From positions 248,001-303,662 of the forward strand of contig CT867992.1 of the NCBI GenBank assembly GCA_000165425.1: DNA of 55,662 nucleotides, in the 5' to 3' direction. A model generated the notes under the pieces. That model made no database searches and was not told the DNA's origin. It worked only from the letters and a program-made list of their open reading frames with translations. The first letter of the stretch is position 1. Every line of letters begins with the position of its first letter. The stretch comes from Paramecium tetraurelia. Its lineage: Eukaryota. The translations under genes and the position numbers were made by a program. This document shows, piece by piece, positions 24,801 to 37,579 of the stretch.

Positions 24801-25621
24801 ATACAAATAAAATTTGATTGAAAACATAAAAAACGGAAGCATTACAGAATGTCTAATATGCACTAAAAGTTAAATTAGTGTTTTTAGTTTATCTTCATGC
24901 GGACATATCTATTGCAAAGAGTAATATTATGATAATATTAATTAGATGCTTTGGAGAGACTGTTGTTAAACTCAAGAATTGTCCATCTTGTCGTACAAAA
25001 TTAACAATCTAAGATTTAATTGATGTTGTCGTAGAGAATGAAAATGTATTTGAAGAATTACAAAGTTTGTAATTTGGACTTAGTTCAAAATTGGAGGCTG
25101 TAATTAAAGAGACCAAAGTGATTAAACAAAAAAAGGAAAAAGTACTTATTTTCACTTAATGGATTGAAATGATCGGATTATTGGAAAATTAATTTAAAGA
25201 CAGCGGTATTATCGCTTATCGTATTACTGGTTCAATGACTGTGGATAAGAGAGAAAAAATAATCAAAAATTTCAAAGAATAACAAGATGTCACAGCACTT
25301 ATACTGTCTCTGAGAGCAACGTCTACAGGGTTAAATTTGACTATGGCTAGTAATGTATTCTTGGTGGATCCATGGTGGAATGTAAAATTATCATATGATG
25401 TTATTTAGCCTGCTATTGAAGATCAAGCCATAGGAAGAGCCGATAGAATAGGACAACAGAATCAAGTTAAAGTAGTGAGATTTTTGTGCAGGAACACAAT
25501 TGAGTAATAAATAAACTTGTTGCATCAAAAGAAAAAATTCTACATCAAAAGAGCTCTCAGTAATAATTAACAAAAGGAATAAGAATTGGAAGATTTCAAA
25601 TTTTTATTGTTTTAAGAATGA
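21897..25621 (+). CDS. RAD5: RAD5/HLTF-like SNF2 helicase with embedded RING finger and probable HIRAN domain
   Basis: [60 protein letters not shown]...CGHIYCKE|C...[53 protein letters not shown]. Three short introns. Confidence 0.93.
23812..24150 (+). repeat. N/Q-rich low-complexity insertion in the SNF2 ATPase domain
   Basis: AAT/TAA/TAG/CAA-rich run encoding [13 protein letters not shown]..., between the TTYAIL and YRVILDEAH motifs. Confidence 0.75.
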
Positions 25622-25658
25622 CTAATTAATATATTAATAATATATATATATAATTAAA

Positions 25659-27469
25659 ATGCATAACGATGATGAACTTGAATTTTTTTATAATCAAAAC
25701 AAGCAGAGTAAAGTTGAGGTTGTTTCAAAAAAAAATACTCTGAAGGAAACAAAAAACAGCAAAACAAACTCTGCGAATGAAAAAAATCTTAATTCAAATC
25801 TAATAGATAAGAATTAATAATAACAGTAATCGAAGACAATACCCATGATTTCTATGAAAGCCTTCATATTTAACTTTAAAAAGTTTTATAAAGAAAAAAC
25901 TAAAATCAGAAATTTGATTAGTGAAAACTCTGCGAAATAAAGAAACATTAGTCTTTGTATCTATCTAAGAAATTATTTTGTAAGTTAATATTTCATATCT
26001 AGAATAGCTATAAAAACATTAAAACCATGCTGTTGTAAACTAAAATTCAGGAAGTGAGAATGTTGTAAAGATTTGAAGAATTAGCATTCAGAAACATAGC
26101 TGAATAAGAGGACACAAGAATCTATGTAAAAAATCAAGAGACTGATCAAATCGCAGCAATGTGTAGAGAGTCACTTTAGGAACTCTTTCTATAGAAGGAG
26201 AGCGCCTTTTATGAAAAGAGAGTTGTCTGCAGATATCTAGGGACTCTACTTTCAAATGAGAATTATACTCCAGTGGGATATCCAGATTTAGTCAATAAAT
26301 ATAAAGACTAATAGGCTTTGAACTCAATATACTTATAAACTATAGGCAACTTTATAAAGAAATTCTCTTAAACAGTAAAAGGGAATTATTTCAAATTAGT
26401 AGACATTGCTCATTTTTTATATGAACAGAAATATCGAAGATCTGATGTGGAATAGATTATGAAATTCATATAGAAAACTAAGGAAATCTATAATGTCTCG
26501 TAAAATAAAGAAAAATAGGCCTAAATTGATGGTGATAGGCTCTTACCATTTGAACTCATTTCTAATGCTTTTAACATTCTTTCTAATAAGGATAAAACCA
26601 ATTTTGACCTAATTAAGGAGTTACTAAGCAATATCAGATTCTTGATAAATGATTAAATTAAGATTGATACTGTAGAAAGAGTATAGAAAGTCATGGAACA
26701 TAATATCATTGGAGATTATATTTATAGATACTTTTCAGATTTGGATGAACAAATTTCGAATTTATTAACTTATATTGATTAGATCTCCTAACTATTATGT
26801 TCTATTGAAGGTTTGAACTTATCAACAAAGCAGGATCAACTGGAAGTGTTGTTATGTTTCATCCATAAGATTTAAGGTAATTAGATCGAAGAAAGGACTG
26901 CAATGATGGCCCAAAAGCATACTACAATACTTTCTGATTTGTTGAATTAATTTGAATAGACTGTTGAGGATTCAAAAATTAAAAAGGACAAAAGACAAAA
27001 ATAATAAGCTCCTCAATTCCAAATGCCGAATGTAAAACAAGTTTTGTATGAAGATGATTTGAGAGATGAATAAATAATGTAAAGTAATATTGCTAATCCA
27101 TACAAACTATCAACTAGTGATATGCCTATTCGAAAACCCAAAGTGATCAATATCAATCAAATTAAGCCTTAACCAAATCAAATGGCTGTTAACGAATTGC
27201 AAGAAGCAGAGGAATTTGTTAATGGCTATTTAGAGAAGGATTATGATAAGGACGAGCTCATTCTATCTTAAATACAATCACAAAAACATAAGAATTATGA
27301 AAAAAAAGAAAATACATAATTTGATTCTGCTTAAAGGGATTTGCTATACGAAAGAGAGTTTGAGAAATTGAAGGAGAGTTCAAATGCGAAATCTAAGGAT
27401 GAAATGATTTTGACTCTTAAAAGCTAGATTAAGAATTTAAAGGATTAAGTTCAATAGTATTAAAAATGA
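25659..27469 (+). CDS. Hypothetical protein (helical core, coiled-coil C-terminus)
   Basis: MHNDDELEFFYNQNKQSK...LTLKSQIKNLKDQVQQYQK*. Long TGA-free frame with one short intron near 25980-26002. Confidence 0.7.
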
Positions 27470-27545
27470 ATTTTAGATTTATCAATATTTAATAAAACCT
27501 ATTGTAATTGATTATTGAACTAAAAAATATCATAAATGTAATAAA

Positions 27546-29350
27546 TCAAAAACCTGATATCTAATCTTATGATTTTTCTGCAGTATATCCTCTCTTTCCT
27601 AATTAATCGATAACACTCACAAGATTTTATTGATCCTATCTATATTTGGTAAAGAATATCCTTAATGCAACCAATAATAAGCATAACAAAATTAAAGATG
27701 TAATCACTATTATAACGATGTAATAATAATTGTTTTATTCCTCTTCTAAAGTATTGATAACTTTAATAGAAAAGTTCAACTCTTTTTTACACATCACCAA
27801 ATCGGAATAGAACGATTAATTATATACTAATTGTTATTAAAATTTTTCTTTGCACCAGGTTGAGTTCAACACAGCATTTACTGTTATTTGACTATTTTTA
27901 GTTGATAAATTAGTCAATTTGCATTCTACATATGGTTCTACCCTAATAAATCGGACGAATATAAGACTTCTAAACGAAATGGCTACCAAAAAGTTCTACA
28001 ATCAATTATAATGCATACCTATTGTAAATGCTAAGTCAAATAGAAGGATTGCATTTAAGGAATGATGGCATACTAATCGATATCTTCTTGAAATTCTGTT
28101 CCATCCTCCCAAGATTCATCAGTAATAGGTGAATTGTAATTTACTTGAAATCCTTCATGTATTGAGTGGTAGATTATTTTATGTCCATCGTAGCCTCTGA
28201 CGATGGCAAATTGCTCTTCAATATCGATGTCAAAGTATTTCCCATCTAGATAATGTGTTTTTATATAAAACAGCTTCTAATCTTATGAATAGATGCAATA
28301 TTCTAATATAAGATTATACGAGTTGTGTTCCACCATTATCATAACTACATTTCTGTGTGTTTTAATTAGTTTTGCTCCTTTGATTTCTTATAGGGAATCT
28401 AGCCATTTAGTAAGTGTGAAGGTTTGATCTGAAATTGAAAATATCATTAATCCTTAAAATTTATCTAGAACGAAGATGTAGTTATTATCGAATCCCCCAA
28501 AAGAGAAATCTATGATATACATATTTTGTATATAATTAGATATTTGATTATGGAGATTTGAAATAAAAATTAGTTGTCCTTAATCATGGAGGGAATAGAT
28601 ATCGATTCCTAGTCGTCCTCTTGCAACAAAAACAAATCCTTTATGAAGTTTGGTAATTCCAATGTATTCCTCTTCATTTGATATAGAGATGTTGCTATTC
28701 TTGAATGAGAATTGGCCATCGACCAATTTTCCAATGATAATTTATTATGGAAATACTATTAGAGCACAGGATTTCTGATCAAACCAAATTAGTTGTGGTG
28801 AAACTGGTTCATATTAGGTTTGTCTCAAATCACTAAAATTGAATGTTTGATTTGATTTGATTGCAAATTTATTAGAGAGTTGGGAATAATCAAGTTAAAA
28901 TAAATGTAGTAAATGATTGCTAGTTAAAACCATAAATCCTTGAGATGTTGTATTGGCTAATCCAACTAAAACAGGATTCTTCATAATAAAGTCAGGGTCA
29001 TTCACATTTGCTGTTCTATTTATTTTCAAGGACTCATCAGTATATCCTGAATTGATAGATGGGGACAACAATTTGATTTCATTAACCATGTAAGGTTCAA
29101 AGAGAATATTTTTATCATATGAAAGGCATCTCAACAATGTCTCATTGCTTGAAGTCACCTTCATTCCAATTGTTGTTTTAGAATCCTTATATTGTACAAC
29201 TCTTTTTGTTTATTCTGGAATCATTTCAATTGATGATTATGAATCAGTGTTATCCACCTATATTATCTTCAATTCTTAAATTGGATTTTCTAGCTTAATT
29301 TAGCCTTATACAAAAACTAGGTAAGTAAATGTTAATAAAATATTAATCAT
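27546..29350 (-). CDS. Type I membrane/surface protein, possibly with a beta-rich ectodomain
   Basis: Signal-like MINILLTFTYLVFVQG, ectodomain including ORF 28895-29164, hydrophobic IVITSLILLCLLLVALRIFF near the C-terminus, short tail. Confidence 0.65.
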
Positions 29351-29370
29351 ATTATTATATATGTTGATTT

Positions 29371-31262
29371 TCAGATTCCGAGTTCTTCTAATGAACAAAA
29401 TACGTTGTCAATATCTAAATTGTCCTTCTTAGCATCAAAAGAGAACACTCTTTTCTTTTTGAAATCGGCCACTACGTTTTCTCCCAACATATCAACCATC
29501 TTTCGTATCTTAATATTCAAATAATATAATACTCTATCTTATAGTAATTCTCTTGATTTTTTAAGTTTTCTATATTTACTTTAATACAAATAAAATAAGA
29601 TTTGGCTTTTAACCTTTCTTGAATGTCTGATCAAACCATCATTTGATCTTATCATTGCAGTAATGTACAAAGGCCAGAGTAAGAAAAATATCAAAGTCAA
29701 CTTTAATTATTTCTCTTTGCTTATAAAGTTCCACTTCTTCAGAGCATAATGAAATAAGATAGTATAGATAGCAATAGCTCCTGGCACAATCAAAATTGAA
29801 GCCAAAATTTTGTAGGAGGCAATAACATCCTTACCACTTAACTTCACCTTGGAATTGGCCAAAGCCTTTTACCTCTCCCTCTCTGTATAAGTGTTCAATA
29901 AAAGAGATATTGGAATAGTCATAATGTATCCAGGCAAAGCGAATGATAAACTGAGCAATGCCATAAATAAGTTGAAGGCTATTTTATAGATATCCTGAAA
30001 AGTGTTTTTCTCCATTCTCATAACCTGGTAATCGTAGACACCCAAGGCTTTCAATTTGTAATTGTACATCTTCACTTAACTGACTACTTCCTTAACTTCA
30101 GGGTGGTTTTCTAGTTTATAGAAGGCCGAAGAGAATCTTGTTTAGAAATAATAAATAAACCTTTTGACCAATTCCAGATTGTCTTAAGCAGAGAGTCTTG
30201 CTTTATCTGGCAAATAGAGAGATCTTACAATCATGACGGCAGATAGATCTGAATATGTAGGAGCTTAGATAGTGACAGTCTTCAATTACTAATTATTATA
30301 AATTTAGATTTGTTACACTCTCGATTTCATAAAGCAAATTGCTAATGGCCTCTCTTTTATTCTTCGCATATAGATCTATTAATTCTTGACTTACTTCATA
30401 AGGAACTCCAAATTCGATGATTACTTTTGATCTAAACTTATGGCCTTTGAAATAATTCAAACCAACTGGTTGGAGTTTGACTTTAGTGTTGAATTTTTAA
30501 CTAGCTCCCAATGCCATGATACAGATTCCTGGTTTAAGTGGTAGTAATCTGGTTTGATCGTGACTTCCTCCTTCTGGGAATATTCCAATGCACGCTCCCT
30601 TTGATAATTCAATCCACACTTATTCAAACATATTCGATTAGTCAATCTTGGGTTAGATCTTATATTGAAGATTTCTGATGGGAGAATCTATTTACCCATG
30701 ATTATTAATTTTCAACTAAGTATCACTGATTATCTCGGTTATCTGAAATTCCTATTCATTCTATCGATAATAAGACAACTGAATTACAGCCACCAAGATG
30801 TCATTGACTTTGCATTGCGATTTAAACTCTGTTCTCAGACCATATACCATATTTCCATCAATCCTTTGGATGGTTCCAAATCCTCGTTTTGCCAGATCCT
30901 GTGGTCTCTCCACTGGGATTCCTCCTAAGGCTTTTCCTAAGTGACCTATGATAGGTCTCTTCATGCTCTATTGCATAAACATAATTGAATCACTTTTGCA
31001 GCTGCTATGAAATGAACTTTCCTTGGGATGTTTGAAATAATGAGCTTTCTTTTATAAATAATAGTACTAGTGGATCAATAAATTGATTATTGTGATTTCC
31101 AAATAGCAATAGGGGTCCATCCTACATATTCATATTGATGAATTACTTTTGGAATGTTTTCCTATCCAATTACTTGGATATCCCTAAAAAATGTCTAAGT
31201 CACAACTCTAAACTTATTTCAAATGATTACGTTGAGAATAATCTTGCTGTCGTGTAAGCCAT
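29371..31262 (-). CDS. Glycerol-3-phosphate/DHAP acyltransferase (PlsC family, yeast Gpt2/Sct1-like)
   Basis: [10 protein letters not shown] (HxxxxD), [71 protein letters not shown]-terminal TM helices. Many short introns. Confidence 0.9.
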
Positions 31263-31663
31263 CTTTTTTATTAATAAATTATAATTGTTTTGTGCGTAAT
31301 GAAAATGAATTTATAATAATATTGTGATTCATTTTCAAAATTGGATCGATACACTATCATATCAAGTATTTGTTGTTTATTTCGAAGATGATAAAACCAA
31401 GAATGTCTCGTATCATTATATTGATATTTTGATGTCAGTAAATAATTACGCTTCAAATAAAAGTACCCCTGCTTGTATATAGGATTGATGATCAGAATTC
31501 TCAACACTATCATTCAATAAGTGAGATATTATCAACGTAATGGATAAGATTTATATCTACCTCAGTAATCTCCTTAATTAATTCATACTTGATTTAATAT
31601 TAATTACAGATCTATTTAAGGTTATTAAAGATTGGCAAATACATAAATATTATATTAATTTAT

Positions 31664-34642
31664 ATGAATTAATCTCCAAGCAAAGAGTTCATAATTCTTC
31701 CTAGCTCTAACACTTCTAGAAATTATTCTCATTGTTCTTCTAGACTGAATTCTAGATTGAGCTAATAGATGCCTCAAAATTAGTTTAACATGCAATACCC
31801 GTTTCAGCCAAAGGATTCCAATAGTTTAGACATGAATGGCTTAGAAATGGAAAGTAGCGATCCACATAAAATGGTGTCTTGTTCTCATCAAGGCAAATAT
31901 TCCAACAACTAAAAGTCCATTAAGCTATTAGTATGACATTATTTCATTTAGGAAAGAGGAAGGATCACGTCACCGATGTACAAATAACAAAGCAAAGATG
32001 CCAGAACTGAGCAGTTGATTAAAAAATTTATCGATAAATTAAAAATAGGCTCCAAACCATTTGCGGAAAGTAATTGTGTCAATCAACTACTACAAACAGG
32101 ATCAAATGAGGTTTTCCCTGAAAAATTTAAGGAGAGAACAAAATTTAATTCCATTAAGAATTCTATAACAATTCCAATACCACGTTCTAGTAAATTTAGA
32201 GAAATTTGGAAAATAATTATGTAAGTTACTTATATTACAACTCTTATATTCTCCCCATTAATATTGATTTACCCCAAAAACTCAGAAAGCATAATACTGT
32301 TGTTTTCCTAATTGATTCTCACTGCTTTAAACAATCTTTTTAATCTACACACTAGCTACTACTAAAACGACGTAGAAATCACTAATCTCAGATAGATTCA
32401 GCATAATTACATAAGAAGATATCTAATTAAGGATGTTCTAGCGTATTTGTCCTTCATATTCATACTGCAGTTTTGTATGACTCACTTGTACATTACCATC
32501 ATAGCAGTTATCGTTTTGAATATTGTAACAATTCAGAAAGTGAAGTTGCATAGCCTTTTATCAAAATAACTTGCAGTATTGCTGGCCTATAGATTTAGCA
32601 TTGCTATATGTTATTGTCACCTTTTCGCTATCATTCAAATGTCAATGAATCATTCCAACATAGTAAATGAATCAATCAGTAATTAATTTAAAATCTATTT
32701 AATCTATCTGCACAAGTATTTAGATGAATACTTGACTATTTACGGATCATTATCGCAAGAAACTAATTTTGAGTTGTAATTTGCTATTTTCGTGTAAATA
32801 GTTTAAACTTGTAATAGGATAGGAGCAATTTTGGAAATTCTATTCTACTTTTATCAAAACATTGATACGTACTTACTCAAAAAACACTACTTCGATTTTA
32901 AGGCTTTTCTTAACCATCATAAAATAGATTCTTAATTAAAAAAGAAGGCATTAAGTAATTATAAATTTGAAATGAAAAGTGATTAATTACAATAGAGTTC
33001 AGCTATTGACACAAAATCAATCTAATTTATTAACAGTGAGATTTATAAGAAAATTGATAAAACCATCAATGCAAAGTATTTCTAGAAAATAGCCGTTTTC
33101 TAAAAGTTCTCATAAGACACTCAAGAGAGACTAATTGAGAAGATGACATATCAAATTTTCTAACCAAATGAAATGATATTGAAATAGAATAGTAGAGATG
33201 ATGATTCATTATATATGATTAAAAGAGGATGTGTTAAAATCTGTTATACTGGTATAAATAATGCATAAACTGGCATAAAACAGCTAACCAAGTTTTAGAC
33301 TTTTGGAGAAGTGTCATTCTTCACAGGTTTGCCGAGAACAAGTAGTGTGATTTGTTTAGGACCAGTAGAAACATATAAAATCACAAGAAATGATTTCTTA
33401 AATGTCATAAAAAACAATAGATCAGATTTCGTATTTATATATCTATTAACATAGGAAATAGCTTAATTTCTAAAAGACTAAGTCACATTCGAGAATCTCT
33501 ACGATTAAATTGGACTGAGATGCTTTTGTTGCAATTCTCCAAATCACTTACTTTTTTCTTGTGACAAATTGCATTATCATCCCAATAAAGAAAAGGTTTT
33601 AAGTCAATGTTCTTATAATCATAATCAAATCAGAAGATACTGTAAAATTTATTATTTAATCCTAGATTAAAGAAGAGTTAAAAGAACTCAAAACAGCAGA
33701 GATTTTTTATTTTAAATTGGAATGGCTGGACAGGAATTTCAAGAAAATAATTGCAATGTTGATTCATAAATATTGAGGGATCTCACTAATAATCAGAATT
33801 ATTTGTCATCTACTTATATATAATAAAATCAATCTCAAAAGTAAGTCAGTCACATGCCTGTAGTTTATCGAACAAGACCTAGCAATAGCATCTTACTTAA
33901 TAGTGATTTAGATGATGTTAAAGAATCGTGTTTTGAAATTGAGACCAACAAAATTAGAAAAGATTCGCCAATATATGGTTAACAAAATCAATTTTAGACA
34001 AAAGGTGTTGTTAAAGAGCTTGAACGAGAAGATCTAGATTCAATATCAATTATTAATTAAAATATTTGTTAGGGATAAACTATTTAATAAATTTAGGGAT
34101 AATCTATTTAATAAATTTAAACCAATAAATTAAATATTGGTGAGAATCCAGATAGATTAAACGACTTGTATATTTTTGACTTATAGATGCTGACCTAATA
34201 AAACAGTCCAAGAAATTGTAGATAAAATAAAAAATCATTTAGTTACGCTACCTAGCCTGAAGTATCAAAAATGCTAGAGAACTTTAAAGGATCTTATAGA
34301 TCCAATCTGCTTTTGGATGAAACTGATAAGAATCGCATAGAGTAATAACAAAAACAACAAAGAAGCAGAAGCCAATAAACTAATAATGGGAAATAAGATG
34401 AGAACATCCTTATTGCATTGGCCAATTAATAAAATTTCAACAATTTCTTTTCTTTTTAAGAAGACGAGGAATTTGATAAAGCACATAATTTTTGTTACTA
34501 TTACCCTTTCTTCAATCCAGACTTTGTCATCAAAAAGTATAATAATTTGAAGCAATGGTAATAATTGCTTCCCAACAAAAGTAGATATACTATAAGTTAT
34601 GTTTTAAGTGATAGAATAAAGGAAAAGGTGAGCTATAAATGA
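31664..34642 (+). CDS. Cyclic-nucleotide-binding-domain ion channel-like protein (KCNH/CNG-type), divergent pore
   Basis: S1 FREIWKIIMQVTYITTLIFSPL, HTSYYQNDVEITNLRQIQHNYIRRYLIKDVL, C-linker, CNBD FQPNEMILKQ...LYMIKRGCV...TFGEVSFFTGLPRTSSV, CFCCNSPNHLLFSC, tail motif EFDKAHNFCYYYPFFN. Confidence 0.85.
34069..34119 (+). repeat. 24-nt in-frame tandem duplication (QGQTIQQI/QGQSIQQI)
   Basis: ttagggataaactatttaataaat followed by ttagggataatctatttaataaat. Confidence 0.85.
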
Positions 34643-34695
34643 TATTGATATTTTTGGGTTAATTTGCATCATAAGTATTTATAAATATATCTGTT

Positions 34696-35332
34696 TCAGT
34701 TTAATTTACTAGTTCGTGGATTAACATGCTAGCTTTTAGATCTTTCATACGATTTCTACATATTCAAATTATCCAAATAAGCATCAACCCTTAATTTAAT
34801 TTTGTGTAGGTTGTTATCAAAATAAAATTTTTACATGTTCTGTTATATCTTTTTATGCTTCAGATAAGAATCTTGAAAATTTTCCTACTTTAGATTAGAT
34901 TATCTAATTTTAATTAAACCTTACATTCCATTAATTTTGGATAACAATCTGTTGTTTTCATTTTCAATACGCAATTTTGATTCCTTTAATGATCTTCTAC
35001 CTCGAGGCGTACCACATTAACTAGGAGGCTTTTCCAATATTATTTTATTAATACTGTAGGTGACCGATTGCTTATTTTAGCCAGCCTCGCAAGAATTTAT
35101 GTATTTTATTCTTAAATTGTCTACCATTTCATTAATTCTCTTTTTCTATTATTAATAAACTAAGTTTTTTTGACTTATTCATAGATTCTCAAATCCTTAT
35201 GAGGACTCAACTTAGAGTTTTGTTGGAGTCTCTTCTTATGAGCATCATACTCTCTTAGCTTATTTGGAATAATTACTGTCTACTGAGCCAAATCTAATTT
35301 AGCTCCAGATACCCTTTTTAATTGTTTTTCAT
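34696..35332 (-). CDS. CFAP97/hemingway-like ciliary protein (start uncertain)
   Basis: Two I-x-x-(E/Q)N-x-x-(I/L)L-x-(R/K)(L/I) helices (IQEQNTQILARLAKI; IENENNRLLSKING). Short introns. Confidence 0.55.
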
Positions 35333-35738
35333 TGGAAAAAATATAAAATATATAATAATAACATTTGAACTTATTTGTAGAGAATCTAATCAACAATACT
35401 ATTATTTAAATTTTTCTTTCACAAGACTGACTTTCTTAAATGTTTTCGAAATTTACAATTTTATTATTAATAGTTATTTAACTAACCTTTTTAGAATAGA
35501 TATTAAGAACACTTAATTGATCACATTTGAGGCTTATATATGAGGTCTAAACTATTTTTTATTTCTTATTATATTATAGAATTAATTCAATCTTTAAGGT
35601 ACTTAATATCATCTTAAGTTGATGATCTTAACTGACTTTTAATGACTATCAGTTTGAATATTTAATTAGTCTTGGATTTTTCTAATGAATGAAACTTAAG
35701 TAATTTATTTCATTTTGTTATTATTTTAATTATATAAA

Positions 35739-36122
35739 ATGGAAGAACGATTTAATGAAATACCATTACCACCAAAAAAGGAGAATAAAAGAAAACCATT
35801 TGGAACTGACTCGCGCTTCAAACCTCAATAAGTATTACGTCCATCTCCAGCATCTTATACAATACCTACTGTATTCGAAACGGAGAAATACAAGAAGAAA
35901 GGCAAATCAATTTCAGTTTTCAAGGAAAAGCCATTTTTAAATGAAGTGCCTGGTCCTGGTCAATATAAGGACACAGAGGGATTGGGTGGACCATTATTTT
36001 CAATCGGAATGAAATTTACACCTTAGAAGAAGAATAATTTTCCAGGGCCTAATCATTATGACTAATAAATTAAATAGTGCTTAACAAAATATAAAAATTT
36101 TGGAAATACAATAATTTAATGA
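35739..36122 (+). CDS. Sperm-tail PG-rich (SHIPPO/ODF3-like) repeat protein
   Basis: FGTDSRF, RPSPASY, VPGPGQY, FSIG, FPGPNHY. Intronless, 127 aa. Confidence 0.82.
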
Positions 36123-36315
36123 ATTATAATATATTATTCTAAAAATAGTATTAAATTTGAATTTTTATAATGATAACAGAGAATTTAAATAAAAAGTGCA
36201 TAGAATGACTGATGAGGGAATCGTGAGTTGATTAAAACATAGAAAATATTATATTTTATAACGTGACGCATCATATAAGTTGAATAATTTTTCGGAAATG
36301 ACAATTATTAAAATT

Positions 36316-37556
36316 ATGTTTGTAACAATCCTAAGATCCACTACCTTATTATAACTGAAACCAAAGCTTGGCTATAACAAGTATTTGACAAGACTTAGAA
36401 CAGTTTCCTTGGCTGGTGCTGTAACTTTGGCTGCTTCTGCCTATTATTGCTATGAATGCTTCTGGAATACTTCCATGGAATTTATTCACCATCCAGAAGC
36501 AATCGAGAAGCACGTTCTGAGCATCTTTGCAGATGTAAGCTTTATGTCTATTGAAGATCAAGTACAGGCCTACTTTCTATATTCCTCACCGATTGATGCA
36601 ACTAGCATATGCTACTCGTTGGGAAAAAAAACTTGACACGGAATTTGAAAGATAGCTGTTTAAATTGTCAGATGGAGGACAACTGGCACTAGATTGGAAG
36701 AATAAGCATGTTGTTACAAATAAACCACTTATTTTAATTACTCATGGGCTAACAGGTGGATCTGAAACTAATTATATAAAACATGCTGCTGAGACTCTGG
36801 CTGAGGCTGGCTATCAAGTAGTGTGTTTTAATCAAAGGGGAGTGTCTAATTGTGAATTATTGACAAGTAGATATCATTTTCATGGATGTACCAATGATCT
36901 CAGAGAAGTGATCAATTATTTATAAGAGAATAAATAGAAGGGTCAATAAATATTCGGATTAGGCTTTTCGATTGGAGGCAGTCTACTATTGAAATATGCA
37001 GGAGAAGAAGGTTACAAATGTATGGTCAACAGAATATTCTCAGTTGCCAATCCCTACGATCTTTTGGATTGCTCACACAACATCATGAAATTGAGGAACA
37101 AAATATATGACTGGTCCATCACTTGTAATTTCAAAATGCTCCTCAAATAACATCAGAGTTCATTGGCAGAAAATGAAAAAACCAAGGGAATTCAAATTTA
37201 AGAAGCTTTAAAGGCCAAAAATACCTATGAGTTTGATGAACTTATCACAAGAAGATTATTCGATTTTGATTCTCCTGAATAGTTATACTCAAACATCGGA
37301 TGTGGCAACTACATCAAAGACGTCAAGGTTCCTGTCTTCATCATGCACTCCAAGGATGATCCCATAGTCCCGTAATTCCTGGTTCCATATGATCAAATCA
37401 AGTAAAACCCTAATATCATCGTTGCTTTGACGAATAAAGGAGCTCATGTTGAATGGTTCACGGGATTGAAACCACAAAGAGTACTAATTTATTTAGATTT
37501 ATTAGTGGATTATGAATCCAATACTAAGGTATTTCGAAGAGATACAATCACTATGA
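36316..37556 (+). CDS. Alpha/beta hydrolase, ABHD1/3 / YheT family (lipase/esterase)
   Basis: LSDGGQLALDW, ITHGLTGGSETNYI, FNQRG, GFSIGG nucleophile elbow, HSKDDPIVP, GAHVEWFTG. Two short introns. Confidence 0.92.
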
Positions 37557-37579
37557 TTATTAAATAATTATTATATTAA

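Noticed and set aside
31271..31513. 80-aa supplied ORF in the divergent GPAT/channel spacer
   Set aside because: It ends at TAA (Gln in this code), has no motifs and lies in a probable bidirectional promoter region.
5953..36122. Cluster of ciliary/cytoskeletal genes (Rib72, MORN, SAXO, CFAP97-like, SHIPPO)
   Set aside because: The genes are scattered among unrelated ones, and these families are abundant in ciliate genomes.
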